The notes below the pieces were generated by a model that ran no database searches, was not told the DNA's origin, and saw only the letters and a program-made list of their open reading frames with translations. A stretch of 62,987 bases of DNA, filler included, from Sluysia triapertura (taxonomy: Eukaryota): assembly GCA_046118255.1 (NCBI GenBank). It is 4 parts of 4 records of this genome, joined end to end, with 100 filler letters (N's around TTAATTAATTAA, not from the genome) between each part and the next. Parts side by side here need not be neighbours in the genome. Positions count along the whole stretch, not along the records: positions 22,086 to 33,734 come from JBJNIA010182479.1; positions 33,835 to 51,842 come from JBJNIA010182834.1; 2 more parts are not named here. One strand, given 5' to 3'. The translations under genes were made by a program, and so were the position numbers. The first letter of the stretch is position 1. Every line of letters starts with the position of its first letter. Of the stretch, positions 24,784 through 37,619 are shown piece by piece.

Positions 24784-26031
24784 ATGACGATGATCATAAT
24801 AATAACGATAATAATAATAATTTCTAAGCAAAATAAAAATTTCCATCTCATTAGAGCAATTAATTGAACAGCTATATATATTTATTTTATTATATTTATT
24901 TATACGATATTCATCTTTTATTCTATTTCTTTCAAAAATATCGATCTTGCATTTTTTAAAACAGTTATGTGAATTAATTTATTTCAGCTATTGTTGATAG
25001 ATAGAAAACAACAATGATTATATTTCTATAATTTTCAAACACACGCACACACACACGCACACAAACTAACAAGTAAAGTATCGAATTTAATAGAAATATA
25101 TAGTCTATAACTTTTCGAGGAAGTTGATAATGTTCTGTTACGGTATAAAAGCTTAATTACATCAGATGAACCCTCAAATGTCAGTCAGAAAGCACGTCAT
25201 TGAAGAATATAACACACTCTCGATATTCCATAGCCTCTGAAAGTTTAATCTCAGAAAATCTTAATAAAAGGTAGAGATTTTTCAGAGTTCGTAGATTCTT
25301 CAAAAGAGATGATTGTGATGTGACTGTATAAGGTACAACAATAATAAAATGAACATTAATTATTAAATTTCCCAAAAAATCGATATATTAAATTTGCAAT
25401 CCATAATTTAATTTTGCTGATATTTTTAATTATTTTGTTTACACGAATATCGTAAAATTTCGAATGGCGAATATTTTTTAAAATATTATATGAAGATATT
25501 TTATGTGATTATAAAAGCTACAATTGCTTTTTTAAATGATGCTCTCGTAGTAAAAGACTCGTGTATTATTATCAATACTATTCATGACAAATACATGTCT
25601 TCCAGCAGTATGCGCATTTATATCTGTTTATTCTTTATGTTTAATAAAATTGTAGTTAGATTGTTTAATTTGTTTGTTTTAAATTTTTTAATTGTTATAA
25701 AAGTTAAAGTTTTTTCAAAATGTAAAATAAAAGTTAAAAATTATCTTTAATTTTAACATGTTTACGTCATCACCAAAATTAATTAATCACAATTAAGAGA
25801 TTATTGTGTTTTTCTGAAAATGCATCCTTTCTTTGAGATGGGATGGAAATATACCTTGTTCCCGTTAGTACTGTTAATTTTGGTTTCTTGTGTTATGGTA
25901 GTCCTGGTAACTGTCCTGAAAAGTGTACTAAGGTTTTGTACTTGCTGTTCGAAAAAGTCTGCTTCTAGTATTGGTTAGTGTACCACAACAATGAGAAAAT
26001 TCCACTCGAATTGTGTTTTGAAATGACGATG

Positions 26032-26350
26032 CGGTGGTTCAACCATTTATCACGATTTTATTACATTATCTATACCATATACATGCACAAAAACATCAAT
26101 TTAAACACATTTCAAAACACATCTCACGAATCCTATTACATAGTACCACATCAATTCTCTTATTCGCATTACCAAACTTCAACTTCTACAATAATAAAAT
26201 TATAAAACTTTTAAATAATTATTTTTCTATATTTATATTATATTATTTCAACTTTTGTAAACATAATCGCGATTGTCATTATATTATTGTTGTCGTCCTT
26301 CTATTATCTTCATATTTTATTTTCATTCATTATATCTTTGCATTGAAATT
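26032..26350 (+). mobile_element. Cassette leader, copy J (PBS-like motif plus A/C-rich leader only)
   Basis: CGGTGGTTCAACCATTTATCACGAT closely matches TGGTGGCTCAGCCGTTTATCACGAT at 53446. Confidence 0.5.
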
Positions 26351-26447
26351 AAAATAATGTCGAAAGTTCAAAAAGAGAGATTCTGAACCTAGCAATGTGG
26401 ATTCCGATAGCATAGGCCGTGTAAATCGTTATAGAATAATTTGAGCA

Positions 26448-26890
26448 CAAGGTGTCCAAAAAGTAACCGAACCGCAAACTTAAATAAAAATTAGATATCA
26501 AAAACGACAAATGTAATTTCTTCTTTTATGCCATTTTATGTTATCTTCGCTACTATTCATTTCCTTCTAGATTTTCCAGATTGCATCTTATGAAGTGATG
26601 AAGCTTGTTAACAGATACAATTGTGTTTATTGGGACAGTGAGAATCCCCATTGTATTATTGAAACAGAAATCGGCAATATTGGCCTAGTTGTCCCATTCT
26701 TCTTTGAAGGAACTGTTAATGGTGACGTAACCTTGATATGAGTTCCCCAATTTTAGTGATCTTCATTTTGATGAAACATTTCCTTGACGTTGGATTGGAC
26801 GTGGCGGACCAATTGAATGGCCTGCCAGATCCCCGGATACACAACAAAGTATTCAGCAAGAATGGAACCAAATCTCAGAGGAAACTTTAA
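26448..26890 (+). mobile_element. Tc1/mariner-superfamily (rosa/DD41D-like) transposon remnant
   Basis: TIR-like CAAGGTGTCC. Fragments VNRYNCVYWDSENPH, PFFFEGTVNG, FP*RWIGRGGPIEWPARSP, IQQEWNQISEETL. Confidence 0.85.
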
Positions 26891-27199
26891 GTACCTTAAG
26901 CACAATAATAAAGTTTTTAATAATGAATACGATAATGAATTAATTATGCAATTTTCATATGATACAACACAAGTTGTGCGGGCTCTTGAACGACTTTTTA
27001 AGCATATCCAGGTTGGGCTATATTTATATTTATACTTTTTAATTTTAGATTACTTCTGTGTTTATTAGCTAACTTTGTTATATCATTTGTATTTAATTTA
27101 ATTCTTTTTTATATTCGATGAAACAAAAACGAAAATCAACATATACTTTATTCATATTTATAAAACTGAGTTTAAATTGTGTTCCGCGTCAATTATTTC

Positions 27200-29620
27200 C
27201 TGGGTATGCCTCTGTAACAGTTTTTCTAAACTCCTACAGAAAAATAAATAATTTGATTGTATAGTTCTAGTAATAATAACGTAGGCAGAATCATAAATCA
27301 AAATTACTTTGGAATTATATTCGTTGGCATTGTAAACTGGAACAGTTTGTGGATCATACGATGATGATTAGTCGCGTCTGACGTCCAACCAAAAATATCT
27401 ACAAGTACTGCCGAATTTTGAACACCCCCACTTTGGGTCGTACTGTATAGACACAAACCGGACTTGATGCATCGAGAGTCATGATTGTGAGATTGAAGAC
27501 TCTTGTCAGTTTTAGTGTGTACACGACTGCTGGAATAATTTTATTTCTGGTTGGAAATAAATCAGGATCAATAATGATGTCTATATGTTTTTGTATCTTT
27601 ATCAGAATGCAAGTTTGAGATTCTAAATCTAATTTTTGGAACTCGTGAAAAAAGGAATTTGTAGAATTTAACTTCATCTCAACATAACCAATTCTACTTT
27701 CGATACAATTTCGTGTTGCAGTCCGGTTTTCATCGATAATCCTTGAATTGCATCTAATAATTCGTAAGCTTCAATCATTTGTTTGTTTGCCTCAATACGA
27801 TTTATAGAACATTTACATTAATTTGGTGGAATATACGTCCTATTTTATCGATTTTTTTTGATGTATTTGATAATCGCATTAATCTTAAATAAGTATATAA
27901 CGGTTCGTTGAGCATTATTTCATAATTTTTACATTGAACGTATACAAGATATGTTTGATCACTCTTTGAATTGATATCGTTAACTTCATGTATATTTTTA
28001 AAAAAACCTTTTATACATTACTTTTAACTTAACGATTTTAAATTGTTCGACTATTTTTAGTTCATCTACAGATGGCCTTAATTTATCGACTTCAGTTCTT
28101 GTTTTTTTGTTTTATCTTGATTCTCGATAAAGTAAGGTTTAGGGTACTTTTTAACAAGATTAATATATCATTATATTTTTCTTCATATTCATCATGTTTT
28201 CGATCAATTTCAGGTAAATAATCAATTCCAAACAATTGAAAAAAATTAAAAAATTTTTTAATTTTTAAGAATGGGCTAATTTTTGTTACTCTGAAAATTC
28301 TGTTCACCTTTCTTTACTGAATCACGATTTGCTGCAACTGTATCATCCTTTTAGTAGATTGCGTGTATTGTAGTCAAGTGGGTGACCAATCAACACTTAA
28401 TAAAATCTCAACCGAGATGAGAAAAGTATGCACAACTATACATTGGTTGTTCAGCCAGAATAAGAGATACACTGAGAATAGCAACTCCGATTGGACAACC
28501 AATGATAGCATAGTTGAAGTAATGCTGCATCTCAGCCAAACCACTATCAATAATGACAGCAGATGGTAAATGTGAATCCATACTGTCATCACTGATAGTG
28601 GTAGCTACTGCAATATCAAGGTACTTTTAGTTTTGTCAAATGAATGAAGAAATGATATAATGAAAATTATTTACCATGGTGATAAAAATGATAATTTTGA
28701 AAATAATAAACACGATCTGTCTTTTAAAATCCTATTTCTAAACATATTAAAATTCTATGCCTAATGCCTCAAGAAAAAAGTAAAAATCGAAACAAATCTT
28801 TTCTTTACGTAGTAATCTTTTGCTTATAAGTGTAAATGTTTGCTACCTAAGATGTAAATTGAGATTCTGATGTTATGAAGTAAGGAATAAAAATGTTGTA
28901 AATGAATTTTAATGTATATAGAATGATAATTTAAAATGTTTTAGTGGATGAGAATGGTTTTAGTGGATCTGATGAAATAACATATGAAAGAAAAAAAGGT
29001 TTTGATGAAAGAAGTGGTTAAATGTTATAAAATATGTAATTAATATGTTGAATTAATTTTAAAATGTCTTAACTTGAATTTTAAGTGTATGATTGGTTAT
29101 TTTCGATGTCGAGTATGATTTTGATGTCGTAAATTTTGTATTTGAGGTCTTTGATAGTAATAAGAGTTGTGAGATGTTGTGAAGAGTGATTCTGATATGT
29201 GATGGTATAACAAAATTTGTAAAGGTAGTAGGTAACATAGTATTGTGAGCCAGTGCATTCGGCTCTGCCGCAATAGCCGATGGCATCATTAGTTTTTAGG
29301 GCTCTTTGAATGTTGGAAAGTGGCATGATAAAAGCATCAGTCCTTGATTTATGTGGTTATTAGCTTTATGTTCGAATTTTCTGTTTAAATAGCACATTTC
29401 GGAAATGTTTTATTTGCTTGATTGAAGAGTGTATTGGCTTCTTTTTGACAAGACATCCAGTAGTGTTTGTAATGTATCGAGATATGTGCGATTAATTAGC
29501 AAGGCTTGATAAATGATCTGGCAGTTTGTGAAGGCTTCTGACTGTGCCTGTTCGTTTTTTGATTGGTTGGTTGGTTGGTTTTGGTATGCTGAATTTTGTT
29601 GTGATATTGGGGGGTTACGA
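27200..29620 (-). mobile_element. Gypsy-leader-derived cassette, copy D, with decayed orphan ORF (about 28350->27250)
   Basis: A/C-rich, partly open leader (29600-28750) and 63-nt hairpin at 28540-28602. ORF pieces 28307-28092 and 27677-27399, then purine-rich AGGAGTTTAGAAAAAC followed by TGTTAC (possible PPT/LTR start) near 27218. Confidence 0.55.
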
Positions 29621-29853
29621 ATAGTGTGTGTGCGTGTTGTATTGACGATTATGATGATTTGTGTATGTATTTATTAAAATAATTTTCCTTGTGCGATGAA
29701 AGAGACATGCATGTACATACTGGGATATAGTTGTATGTGTGTGATAGGGTTTTTATAATTATCTTTATATGTTCTTTTGATTCCTATTTTTATTTGTAAG
29801 ACTGCTTCTTTTTTGTATGTAGAAACACTCGTTTTTTATGCTTGTTACTAGTA

Positions 29854-30129
29854 NNNNNNNNNNNNNNNNNNNNNNNNNNNNNNNNNNNNNNNNNNNNNNN
29901 NNNNNNNNNNNNNNNNNNNNNNNNNNNNNNNNNNNNNNNNNNNNNNNNNNNNNNNNNNNNNNNNNNNNNNNNNNNNNNNNNNNNNNNNNNNNNNNNNNNN
30001 NNNNNNNNNNNNNNNNNNNNNNNNNNNNNNNNNNNNNNNNNNNNNNNNNNNNNNNNNNNNNNNNNNNNNNNNNNNNNNNNNNNNNNNNNNNNNNNNNNNN
30101 NNNNNNNNNNNNNNNNNNNNNNNNNNNNN
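29854..30129. other. Scaffold gap (276 N)
   Basis: N run. Confidence 0.99.
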
Positions 30130-30485
30130 TTATCATTATTATTATTATCATTATTATTATTCATATATTTGGATATTGTATCAGTGTTTTTGAATACAAA
30201 ATGTCGAAATGTATAAAATTGTTCACTCTTGGCGAGTATGATATATTAAAGAAAATAAAGAGGCAGAAATAGTAATAGTTGTTTTGGGACAGTGACTGGT
30301 GTAGCAACGAGAATTAGCAACTCAGTCGTGTTGTCAGTAGCACCATTTAATGCGATGACTACAGAAGAGAAAATATGGGTAGATTCTTGTTTAAGCTTTT
30401 TCTAGAACCTATCTAGATCAATTTTATGAGTTATCCCAGTGCGATCTGAAATAACAACATCGTAAAGTATAAATGGAATTAACTG

Positions 30486-30550
<65 letters not shown>

Positions 30551-30911
30551 CCATGTTCACATCCTGAAGTAGTCATCAATAATTTAATATGGTCTAATGC
30601 TGACATTTTGCTGATTGAAGATACATCTTTGTATTACTTAAGCAATTTCGAAGAGAATGTTCGCGTTCAGAGATACAATTATTCGGAAATATGTTTCAGT
30701 TTTCAGTTTTAAAACTACTTCACACGAATATATGATGAATAATAAGACTTAGTACGGGGCAAGGCGAAATAATCGTGCCTGATGTTTCAGCACAATAGAC
30801 ACGTTATATTTCAAAAATTATATCTTTCGAAATCATCTTCGTCGAATAAGTGATAAACGCGCTGGTTTATTGATAATTTACACATTCGAGGGAGGGGACA
30901 AAACATGTAAC
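30130..30911 (+). pseudogene. Decayed or spliced unknown coding region after a (TTA)n tract, ending at a PPT-like tract
   Basis: Open stretches VFEYKMSKCIKLFTLG / NSCFGTVTGVATRISNSVVLSVAPFNAMTTEEKIW / PCSHPEVVINNLIWSNADILLIEDTSLYYL. GAGGGAGGGGA (30888) is followed by TGTAAC (30906). Confidence 0.3.
30487..30550. repeat. (AAT)n microsatellite
   Basis: Perfect array; source of the poly-N and poly-L ORFs. Confidence 0.95.
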
Positions 30912-33094
30912 GTTGAATAATATTTGTAATGGAAGAAGATAAATATAAAACTAATCTGTTATTTTTTTGTATGCAAAAAATAATAATTGATATATTTTAC
31001 TCGAAGAGAAAATATTTTAAGTATTCTATTGATATTAATAATAATAATAATAATTATTGATATTAGTGATAATAATTATGATAATAGTAATGATAATAAT
31101 AATAGCAATAATAATAATGACAATAATAATAATAATCATAATAATAGTAATACTGATGATGATAATAATAATGGTAATATGGTGATGATGATGATGATGA
31201 TGGTATTAGAAAAGTATGCATAACGTATAATACATATAATTATTGATTTTGTGCCTAATTAAAACAAAATCAATATCTCATATTAATATTTTTTAATAAT
31301 ATTTTTATTTTATTTAATATTTTTATTGGACTGATATAAAGACTTTCTTACAAAGAACATTGTATTTTCCTGAATGTTTTCCGTTATATGTGTGTGTGTC
31401 TGTGTGTGTTACTAATAATAGGAAGTGGATAGAAAAGTGTGAGTGCAATGACAGTGTTTTCAGATAAATCGCTGAAATAGCTACATGTGTGTACATAGTG
31501 ACTGAAGTTACTAAGATTAGAGACGGAACTTTATTCATAACTTTTATTTTATTACAGAGAGAAACTTACATTTAAAAAGAGGATGCATCTTAATATTTAT
31601 GTTAATGTGATTGCAATATTTATTGATGCTATTATTATGGATCCATTAATTTTTGTATCCGAATGAAGTAAACTGATCAGTCGAATGAGCACTACTAAAT
31701 AGAACTTTTCTTTTGTGTATTTTTATGTGAACGAGTCCTCTTTAGTATCCGTTGTTCATTAGAATAAATAATAAATTCAGTTTAATGTAGTTTTAATTGA
31801 CTTAGTGCACGTTCTGTCCAAATTTTAATTTTCTTAATTTATTTTATAATTGTTTAATTGTTTTTTATTTTAACCATTTGTTTCTTTTAATTAATATTAT
31901 TTGTTTTAATACTTAATTATCTTTTTAATTGCAGGAGATTGCAGGGAATGTCTTTTTTATTGTTAAATGATAATTCCATGATAATTTCGATGAAATCTTT
32001 ACATCTTTACATGACTGATGTCACTGCTACTAGGATTGATTTAGGGAGAAAGGGAGAAAGAAGTAATATTTACATGTATACATTCAAAAGAGTTACATGC
32101 TTTATAAATAGAAAAAATGGTTACAAATGGTAATAAATATAATTTATATTTATATATTATACTTCCTGTTTTTATGAACAAATGAAATTCGATGTTTCTA
32201 CCACACTAAATATTTCTTCTACCCTAATTGTTTGTAACATCGTTAAATTTGAATTTGTATTATAAACATTATAATGAAGAAAACCTCAATTTCCGAAAAT
32301 GGTGCTCAAGAAATGATGCTAATAGTAATAATTAGTCAAGTAGATGACAAGAATTTTGTCTGTCAGTTTTAGTACAAATTATTTCAAATTCCAAGGTAAA
32401 CAGCATTTTTATTTATAGAGTTTGATTGCAAAGACTTTAATGTACCAATGAGAATTAACGATATTTATAGATTTGAAATTAAAATAAAATAAATGTCAAT
32501 GTGTTCTAGTATAATTCAAGTGTTGAGTGTGGTGTGACTCCAGTTTGTTTTCTCTCCAATTTCAGATAAGTGGTATCACAAGTGTGTGTGTGTGTGTGGG
32601 TTTCAAAAACAAAAGACTTAGGATAAACACTTTTCTTTAGAAAATATTTTTAAATTCATAATTAAATATAATTAATGTTCGATTTGTAATTGGTGAATCA
32701 AATATAATTTTACTTTTTCTGTTATATTATTAAATGCAAAAAAGATAAAACCATTAAATATATTATTATCATTATCATTATTATACCGGATGTTTATAAA
32801 ATAACTATAAAAAAAGAAATTAAAAGGCACCTTATCAAACAATCCCTCAATGGAGATAATTCTGAAAAAATTTCTTATTAATTTTCTTCACAAAAGACTT
32901 AGTACTGAGAAACAATTAGCTTCGTTATGTATTATTATATCATGTCTTAATAGTCAGTTTTATCGCTATTTTCTCTAATTTATATTATAATATTTGTTTA
33001 TTATTTACTTGTTAGTTGCTATGCGATGGTTTGTTTTAGTGTGTGCTTTTAGTATTTGTGTATCCTCTTCCACTCCAATATTTCTTGAATTGTA

Positions 33095-33370
33095 TTAACT
33101 TTTTGGATACATTTAATGAGTGAGACTCGTCATAGAAATGAATAACCAAAGTTACAGATAACGAGTTTGACTCGTCTCCTTGGAATTTAACATATGTGTG
33201 GTGTTTATTCCAGAGATTATTCCTCCAACCGACTCAAAGTAGCATCTTACGAAAAGATGTCGCGATTGTTATCACTACAACATAAAAAAGAGACTATCTT
33301 TGAAAAGGTTCAAAATTATTAAACTTTAACAACTCATGTTTGTTTATCTCAATCAATCTTGTATTATTCA
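33095..33370 (+). mobile_element. piggyBac-like deletion derivative
   Basis: TTAA start, subterminal GAG..CTCGTC palindromes, and PPTDSK*HLTKRCRDCY (piggyBac C-terminal Cys-rich region). Homologous to 41866-41905, 43070-43115 and 43930-44100. Confidence 0.65.
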
Positions 33371-33419
33371 CTTACTTGTTTTCTGAATAAAATTATATTT
33401 TGCTTATGTTTATTATATA

Positions 33420-33734
33420 TAGTCGTGGCCAAATTATTAGACAAAAACAGGTTTAATATTTGTTACCCTGGCTCGGAAACTCTCCAAACATGAATTCCGT
33501 AAAAAATCTACCGGAGATTGTTTCAACCCATAAATCAACCACCAAGACGGAAGTTATTGAAACCCTGATAAAAGTATCGCATCATTATGACGAGATCAAA
33601 TACTTGTGCCTCAAACTCATCCGTGGCATGCTTTTAAGGAACAGGAAATTATTGGATAACAAAGTACTGATACAACAGTTTGCACATATTTGATTTGTAG
33701 TAAATTGTGTTATCACATTCTACATGAATAAAAT
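33420..33734 (+). mobile_element. Tc1-like transposon remnant (TIR fused to transposase C-terminus)
   Basis: TAGTCGTGGCCAAA is Tc1 TIR-like. LPWLGNSPNMNSVKNL...TKTEVIETLI...LCLKLIRGM matches WPGNSPDLNPIENLW...LV.SMP. Confidence 0.85.
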
Positions 33735-33834
33735 NNNNNNNNNNNNNNNNNNNNNNNNNNNNNNNNNNNNNNNNNNNNTTAATTAATTAANNNNNNNNNN
33801 NNNNNNNNNNNNNNNNNNNNNNNNNNNNNNNNNN

Positions 33835-33903
<69 letters not shown>
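33735..33903. other. Assembly join (N44-TTAATTAATTAA-N44) followed by (TTA)n
   Basis: Same construct as 21986-22085. Confidence 0.97.
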
Positions 33904-33904
<1 letters not shown>

Positions 33905-35289
33905 TAATTTTTATTATTTTTAATTATGAGTATTATTTTTGTTATGAGTATTATTGAGCAACCTTATAAATCGCAAAAATTTAACCATATCATCGTATAA
34001 AATCTCCATAACTTAAAATCAAACACAGACAATTTAAAACTAATGAAATTTCCGTAATTCCTATTCTCACTTTCATAGGTTTTGCTAGTGTTTTTTATTC
34101 TTTTTCTAACACCTACACAAATTTTGAGATTTAATTCGTGTCCGCCTACGATATACGATTTAAACCTAAGGTTACATATTCTTAGATAATAGCACTTATA
34201 CATTTAAAATCAAAACTTTCTATTCGCATCTTATATCTCACTGGTTTATTCACACAAATTAAAGTTAATAGTATCTTAAAATTCGCACACTCTTACACAT
34301 TCCCTCTATATTTTTAACAAATGTATCTTTATGCGACCTTCAATACTTCTAAATTCTATTCGTCTTATATAAAAATTTTGTAATCTTAAATAATTATCAG
34401 CTTAATTTACGGGTCAACTTAAGTTTTAGTTTACAAGTGTCAACAAGTATATTGTTCTTATATTATGAGTAATTTTTGTTCAAATTTCTTTTAATTCAAA
34501 GTACTTAATTATCTTTTGAATTAATTTAATAAGTTTAAATCGAATATATCCTTCGAATATATTAGTTTAATATCCTTCGTAGAAAAGGTTTAGGAATTTT
34601 ATATTTACAATTATATTTTTCTTTCTAATTATTTATTTATAATTAATTTTATTTATAATGATCTTTTTCTTTAAGCCTAGTAGTTACGTCTTTTTAATCG
34701 TTTGTTAATTACTAAATTCAGATATGGTTTTAATTTTCAGAATTCTTAGTATTTCTATAATCAACTCAAATGAGAGGTTCTCTTAAATTAATGATATATA
34801 TTTCTTTACCTTTTAATGCTTAATTATAACTAATCCTTCGAATTCAACTTCTAATTATACACAAAAAATCATTAAGGAACTTAAAACTTTAATATGTATT
34901 AACAACAAATATAAACAAAAGTAATTATCCTACATTTAAAAATATGACAAACGTGTTACGATAATAAATATAATAGTGAAAATATTATTATTTCTAAAAC
35001 CTCTAGAATCTCTTTAAAATTATGTTTAGCTGAAAACTAATAAAGATAATCTATTATATAAAATGAATATCTATCACTTATTTTATTTTTAGATAAAAAT
35101 TGTATGGATTAGTATTATCGTTTATAGAAATTAATTATTTATTTTCAAATAATATTAGACAGGTTAGTATTCACATACAATTTATTAGATAATAATTTTG
35201 TTTTTTAGTTAATATGCCAGATGGTTAATTCTCGGTTATTTAATTTTGTATTACTTATTATTATTTATTTTATTATTATTATTTCAGAT

Positions 35290-35645
35290 TTTCAAATGGC
35301 AAGTTATCCAATGCTGACAGTTTCATGGTCTTTCTTAACTTTCATGGTCTTCTTTCTACAGCATATTCGTATCGCCTAGCGTCAGCACACAGATTGATTG
35401 AGGAGCGAACTCAAATTAATGTTACTTAAAACGATGTTTGGACTTATTTGGTACTTAAAGCTATCTTTTGAAAAGTGTGATTTGCTTAAATGTAGTCAGT
35501 GTATGTAACAATGTAATAATTTAACCAGACAGAACAGAATGTGAACATATATGTTGTAAATTATACTTATCAAGTATCAGAAGTATCAAGTTGCAAGTGT
35601 TTTCTCTGTAAAGAACACATAATAAGCACGAGTTATCTCTGTTAA
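35290..35645 (+). mobile_element. Possible piggyBac transposase C-terminal remnant
   Basis: RLASAHRLIEE, then RTECEHICC...FLCKEH, ending in CACGAGTTATCTC...TTAA. Confidence 0.4.
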
Positions 35646-35949
35646 GGTGACGTCCTATTAAGATTTTTAGAATTTTAGAAAACAGTCATGGAGTCAAGTA
35701 ATCATTAGGTAACGTATGTATTATGTATATTTGATATTTTAAATATTAAAATTATTAATGTAAAAATTAATAAATTTAAAAAATATATTGTTTTAATTAT
35801 TAATTTTATTTATAAAATTACTAAAAATAGTGTTTAGAAACACTATAAATATAGTTTCGAATAGCTACACTCACACAAATATAGTTTTGAAGTTATTGAT
35901 TTTAGTGATCTGTTTATAGCTCAATAAACGAAAATTATTTTTAAAAACA

Positions 35950-36157
35950 TTATTCGAAACAATTATTAATATTTGGCAAAAACTAATTAAAGAAGATTAA
36001 TTGTTTGGAAAAATTTATTAATATTTAGAAGAATTAATTTATATTAATCAAATATTATTATTCGAAACAATTATTAATATTTGGGAAAAACTGATAAAAG
36101 ATGATTAATTGTTTGAAAAATTTATTCGCATTTGGAAGAATTAGTTTATATTAATCG
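35950..36157. repeat. About 108-bp tandem duplication
   Basis: ATTATTCGAAACAATTATTAATATTTGG...TTTATATTAATC occurs twice. Confidence 0.9.
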
Positions 36158-36695
36158 TTAGTTTTATGCTTTTTAAGAGTAGTAAATTTATAACTATATA
36201 AAATAAACGTAAACTGAATTTATAAAATAAAAGGATATTTAATACCACAAAAAATTTAATTATTAACATTGAATTACAACATATTAATTATAAATTAATA
36301 TTGTTTAATTTTTATCCCTATAATGTAGAAGAATTCTTAATTTTTTGACATTAAACATATTACAACATTTATAAACAAACTTTTAATTTTTTGTATATAA
36401 TTTTTATTTGCGTTTTACGTTTTCTAAGTTTATTTGACAATTAACGATTTCTTTTTAATTGTATAAGTATTTTAACTTTTATATATTTATTGCTTGTTTA
36501 ATAAATATCTTATAATATATTCGAATTTGTGTTTTTTAATAATTGGTAGTATTGTAAGTAAAATAAATCTGAATTGATACGGATAATTATTAATATTGAT
36601 TCTTGTCAAAATTACAATAAAATCTTAATTGAGGAATGCCAATAATTACCTAAATCTAAGAAAAAAGTAGCATCAAAATTAAATATCAGTTCTTA

Positions 36696-36783
36696 CCTTT
36701 TCTTTCTTAAAAGCTGTGAATCTATGTGCTGGCCCTTCAGTGAATAAGTCCATTATGGTAGAGAACTTACGTTAAGGAAAAGG
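36696..36783. ncRNA. Candidate structured ncRNA or hairpin element, copy 1
   Basis: About 90 nt, closely similar to 41251-41336; folds into a long stem-loop. Confidence 0.3.
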
Positions 36784-37157
36784 TATTTAATCAAAGATAA
36801 AAAATCTTAATCACATCCTAATCTCACAACAAATTTCTATAACTATAATGTGCAGATCTGAATTAATCTCAATATAGTTGATCTCAATATAATTAAGTTA
36901 TAAAATTTACATATTAAACTAACCATTATGGTCTGGTTATAACAAAGAAATTAAACTAGCCTTTATGGTCTAGAGTTAAAAATCAGTTGAATTTTAATCT
37001 ATATTAAATGTTTGTCTAGCGTGCAATGAACTTGATTTTAAAAAAAATTAAAAATTTTATAAATTCAACTAGCCTTTTACGGTGTAGTTGTTGGGATAAA
37101 AAGGCCTAAAAGTGTCATTTGGTAAAATTGACTACAATAAAATAAAATTGTTAGGCT

Positions 37158-37227
37158 GGGTTGATAACTCAGTGGTAGAGCATTCGAGCTGCGTACGAGG
37201 TCCCGGGCTCGATCCCCGGTCAGTCCA
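37158..37227 (+). tRNA. tRNA-Ala(TGC)-like pseudogene or tRNA-derived element
   Basis: Acceptor stem GGGTTGA/TCAGTCC with G3:U70 (Ala identity) and discriminator A. D-arm ACTCAGTGGTAGAGC; T-arm CCGGG-CTCGATC-CCCGG; TTTT terminator. Defects: C at position 33, a mismatch in the anticodon stem, a shortened variable loop, C at T54. Confidence 0.7.
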
Positions 37228-37539
37228 TTTTACGAAGTCTAACATAGTAATAAGAGAAGTAAATTTTACAGAAGTGATAAAACTTAATTTTCACCAAATA
37301 TTTATTATTGAATAATAAAACTTAATGCTACAAAGAGTCTAATATAAAACAATTTTGATAATAATACAAATATAGTAACAATAAGAATTTTAAAAATATT
37401 CAGACATAATCTGATATTTAAAAGTTAAATATTTATATTAAGCTAGCCTGAAGGTCTAGGATTAAAATCAAAATGATTTTAAATGTATTTTATGTCCTTT
37501 TATTAAAATAAGGACGATAAACTTAAAGTATAAACTTAC

Positions 37540-37619
37540 ATTCATGGAGTACAATAATTGTTTTGCAGCGGCTGGAATATTGTTGTTGTAATACTCTTGA
37601 AATACTGCGTATTCAAATA
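37540..37619 (-). CDS. Isolated probable internal exon of an unidentified gene
   Basis: ttcaacacag|80 nt|gtaagt. Only one frame is open across the full exon: FEYAVFQEYYNNNIPAAAKQLLYSMN. Partner exons not resolved. Confidence 0.4.

Noticed and set aside
28500-28610. Kinase-like AVIIDSGLAEM (DFG-like) or retroviral protease DSG on the minus strand
   Set aside because: No other kinase or protease motifs; the peptide is just a translation of the conserved hairpin.
29765-30272. ORF-track entries spanning Ns
   Set aside because: Artefacts of the gap.
30987-31223. Asn/Ile/Leu/Met homopolymer ORFs (also 6163-6402, 30424-30606, 50920-51120, 55481-55672)
   Set aside because: Translations of AAT/GAT microsatellites or T-rich low-complexity DNA.
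35288-35380. Terminal exon with a GPI/TM-like tail (DFQMASYPMLTVSWSFLTFMVFFLQHIRIA*)
   Set aside because: No upstream partner exons found, and another frame plus the downstream Cys/His motif fit a piggyBac remnant better. Not fully excluded.
36696-36783. SECIS element, miR-184 or spliced-leader RNA identity for the duplicated hairpin
   Set aside because: The UGAN/NGAN quartet is out of register and absent in copy 2. The similarity to miR-184 excludes the seed. There is no splice donor plus Sm site.
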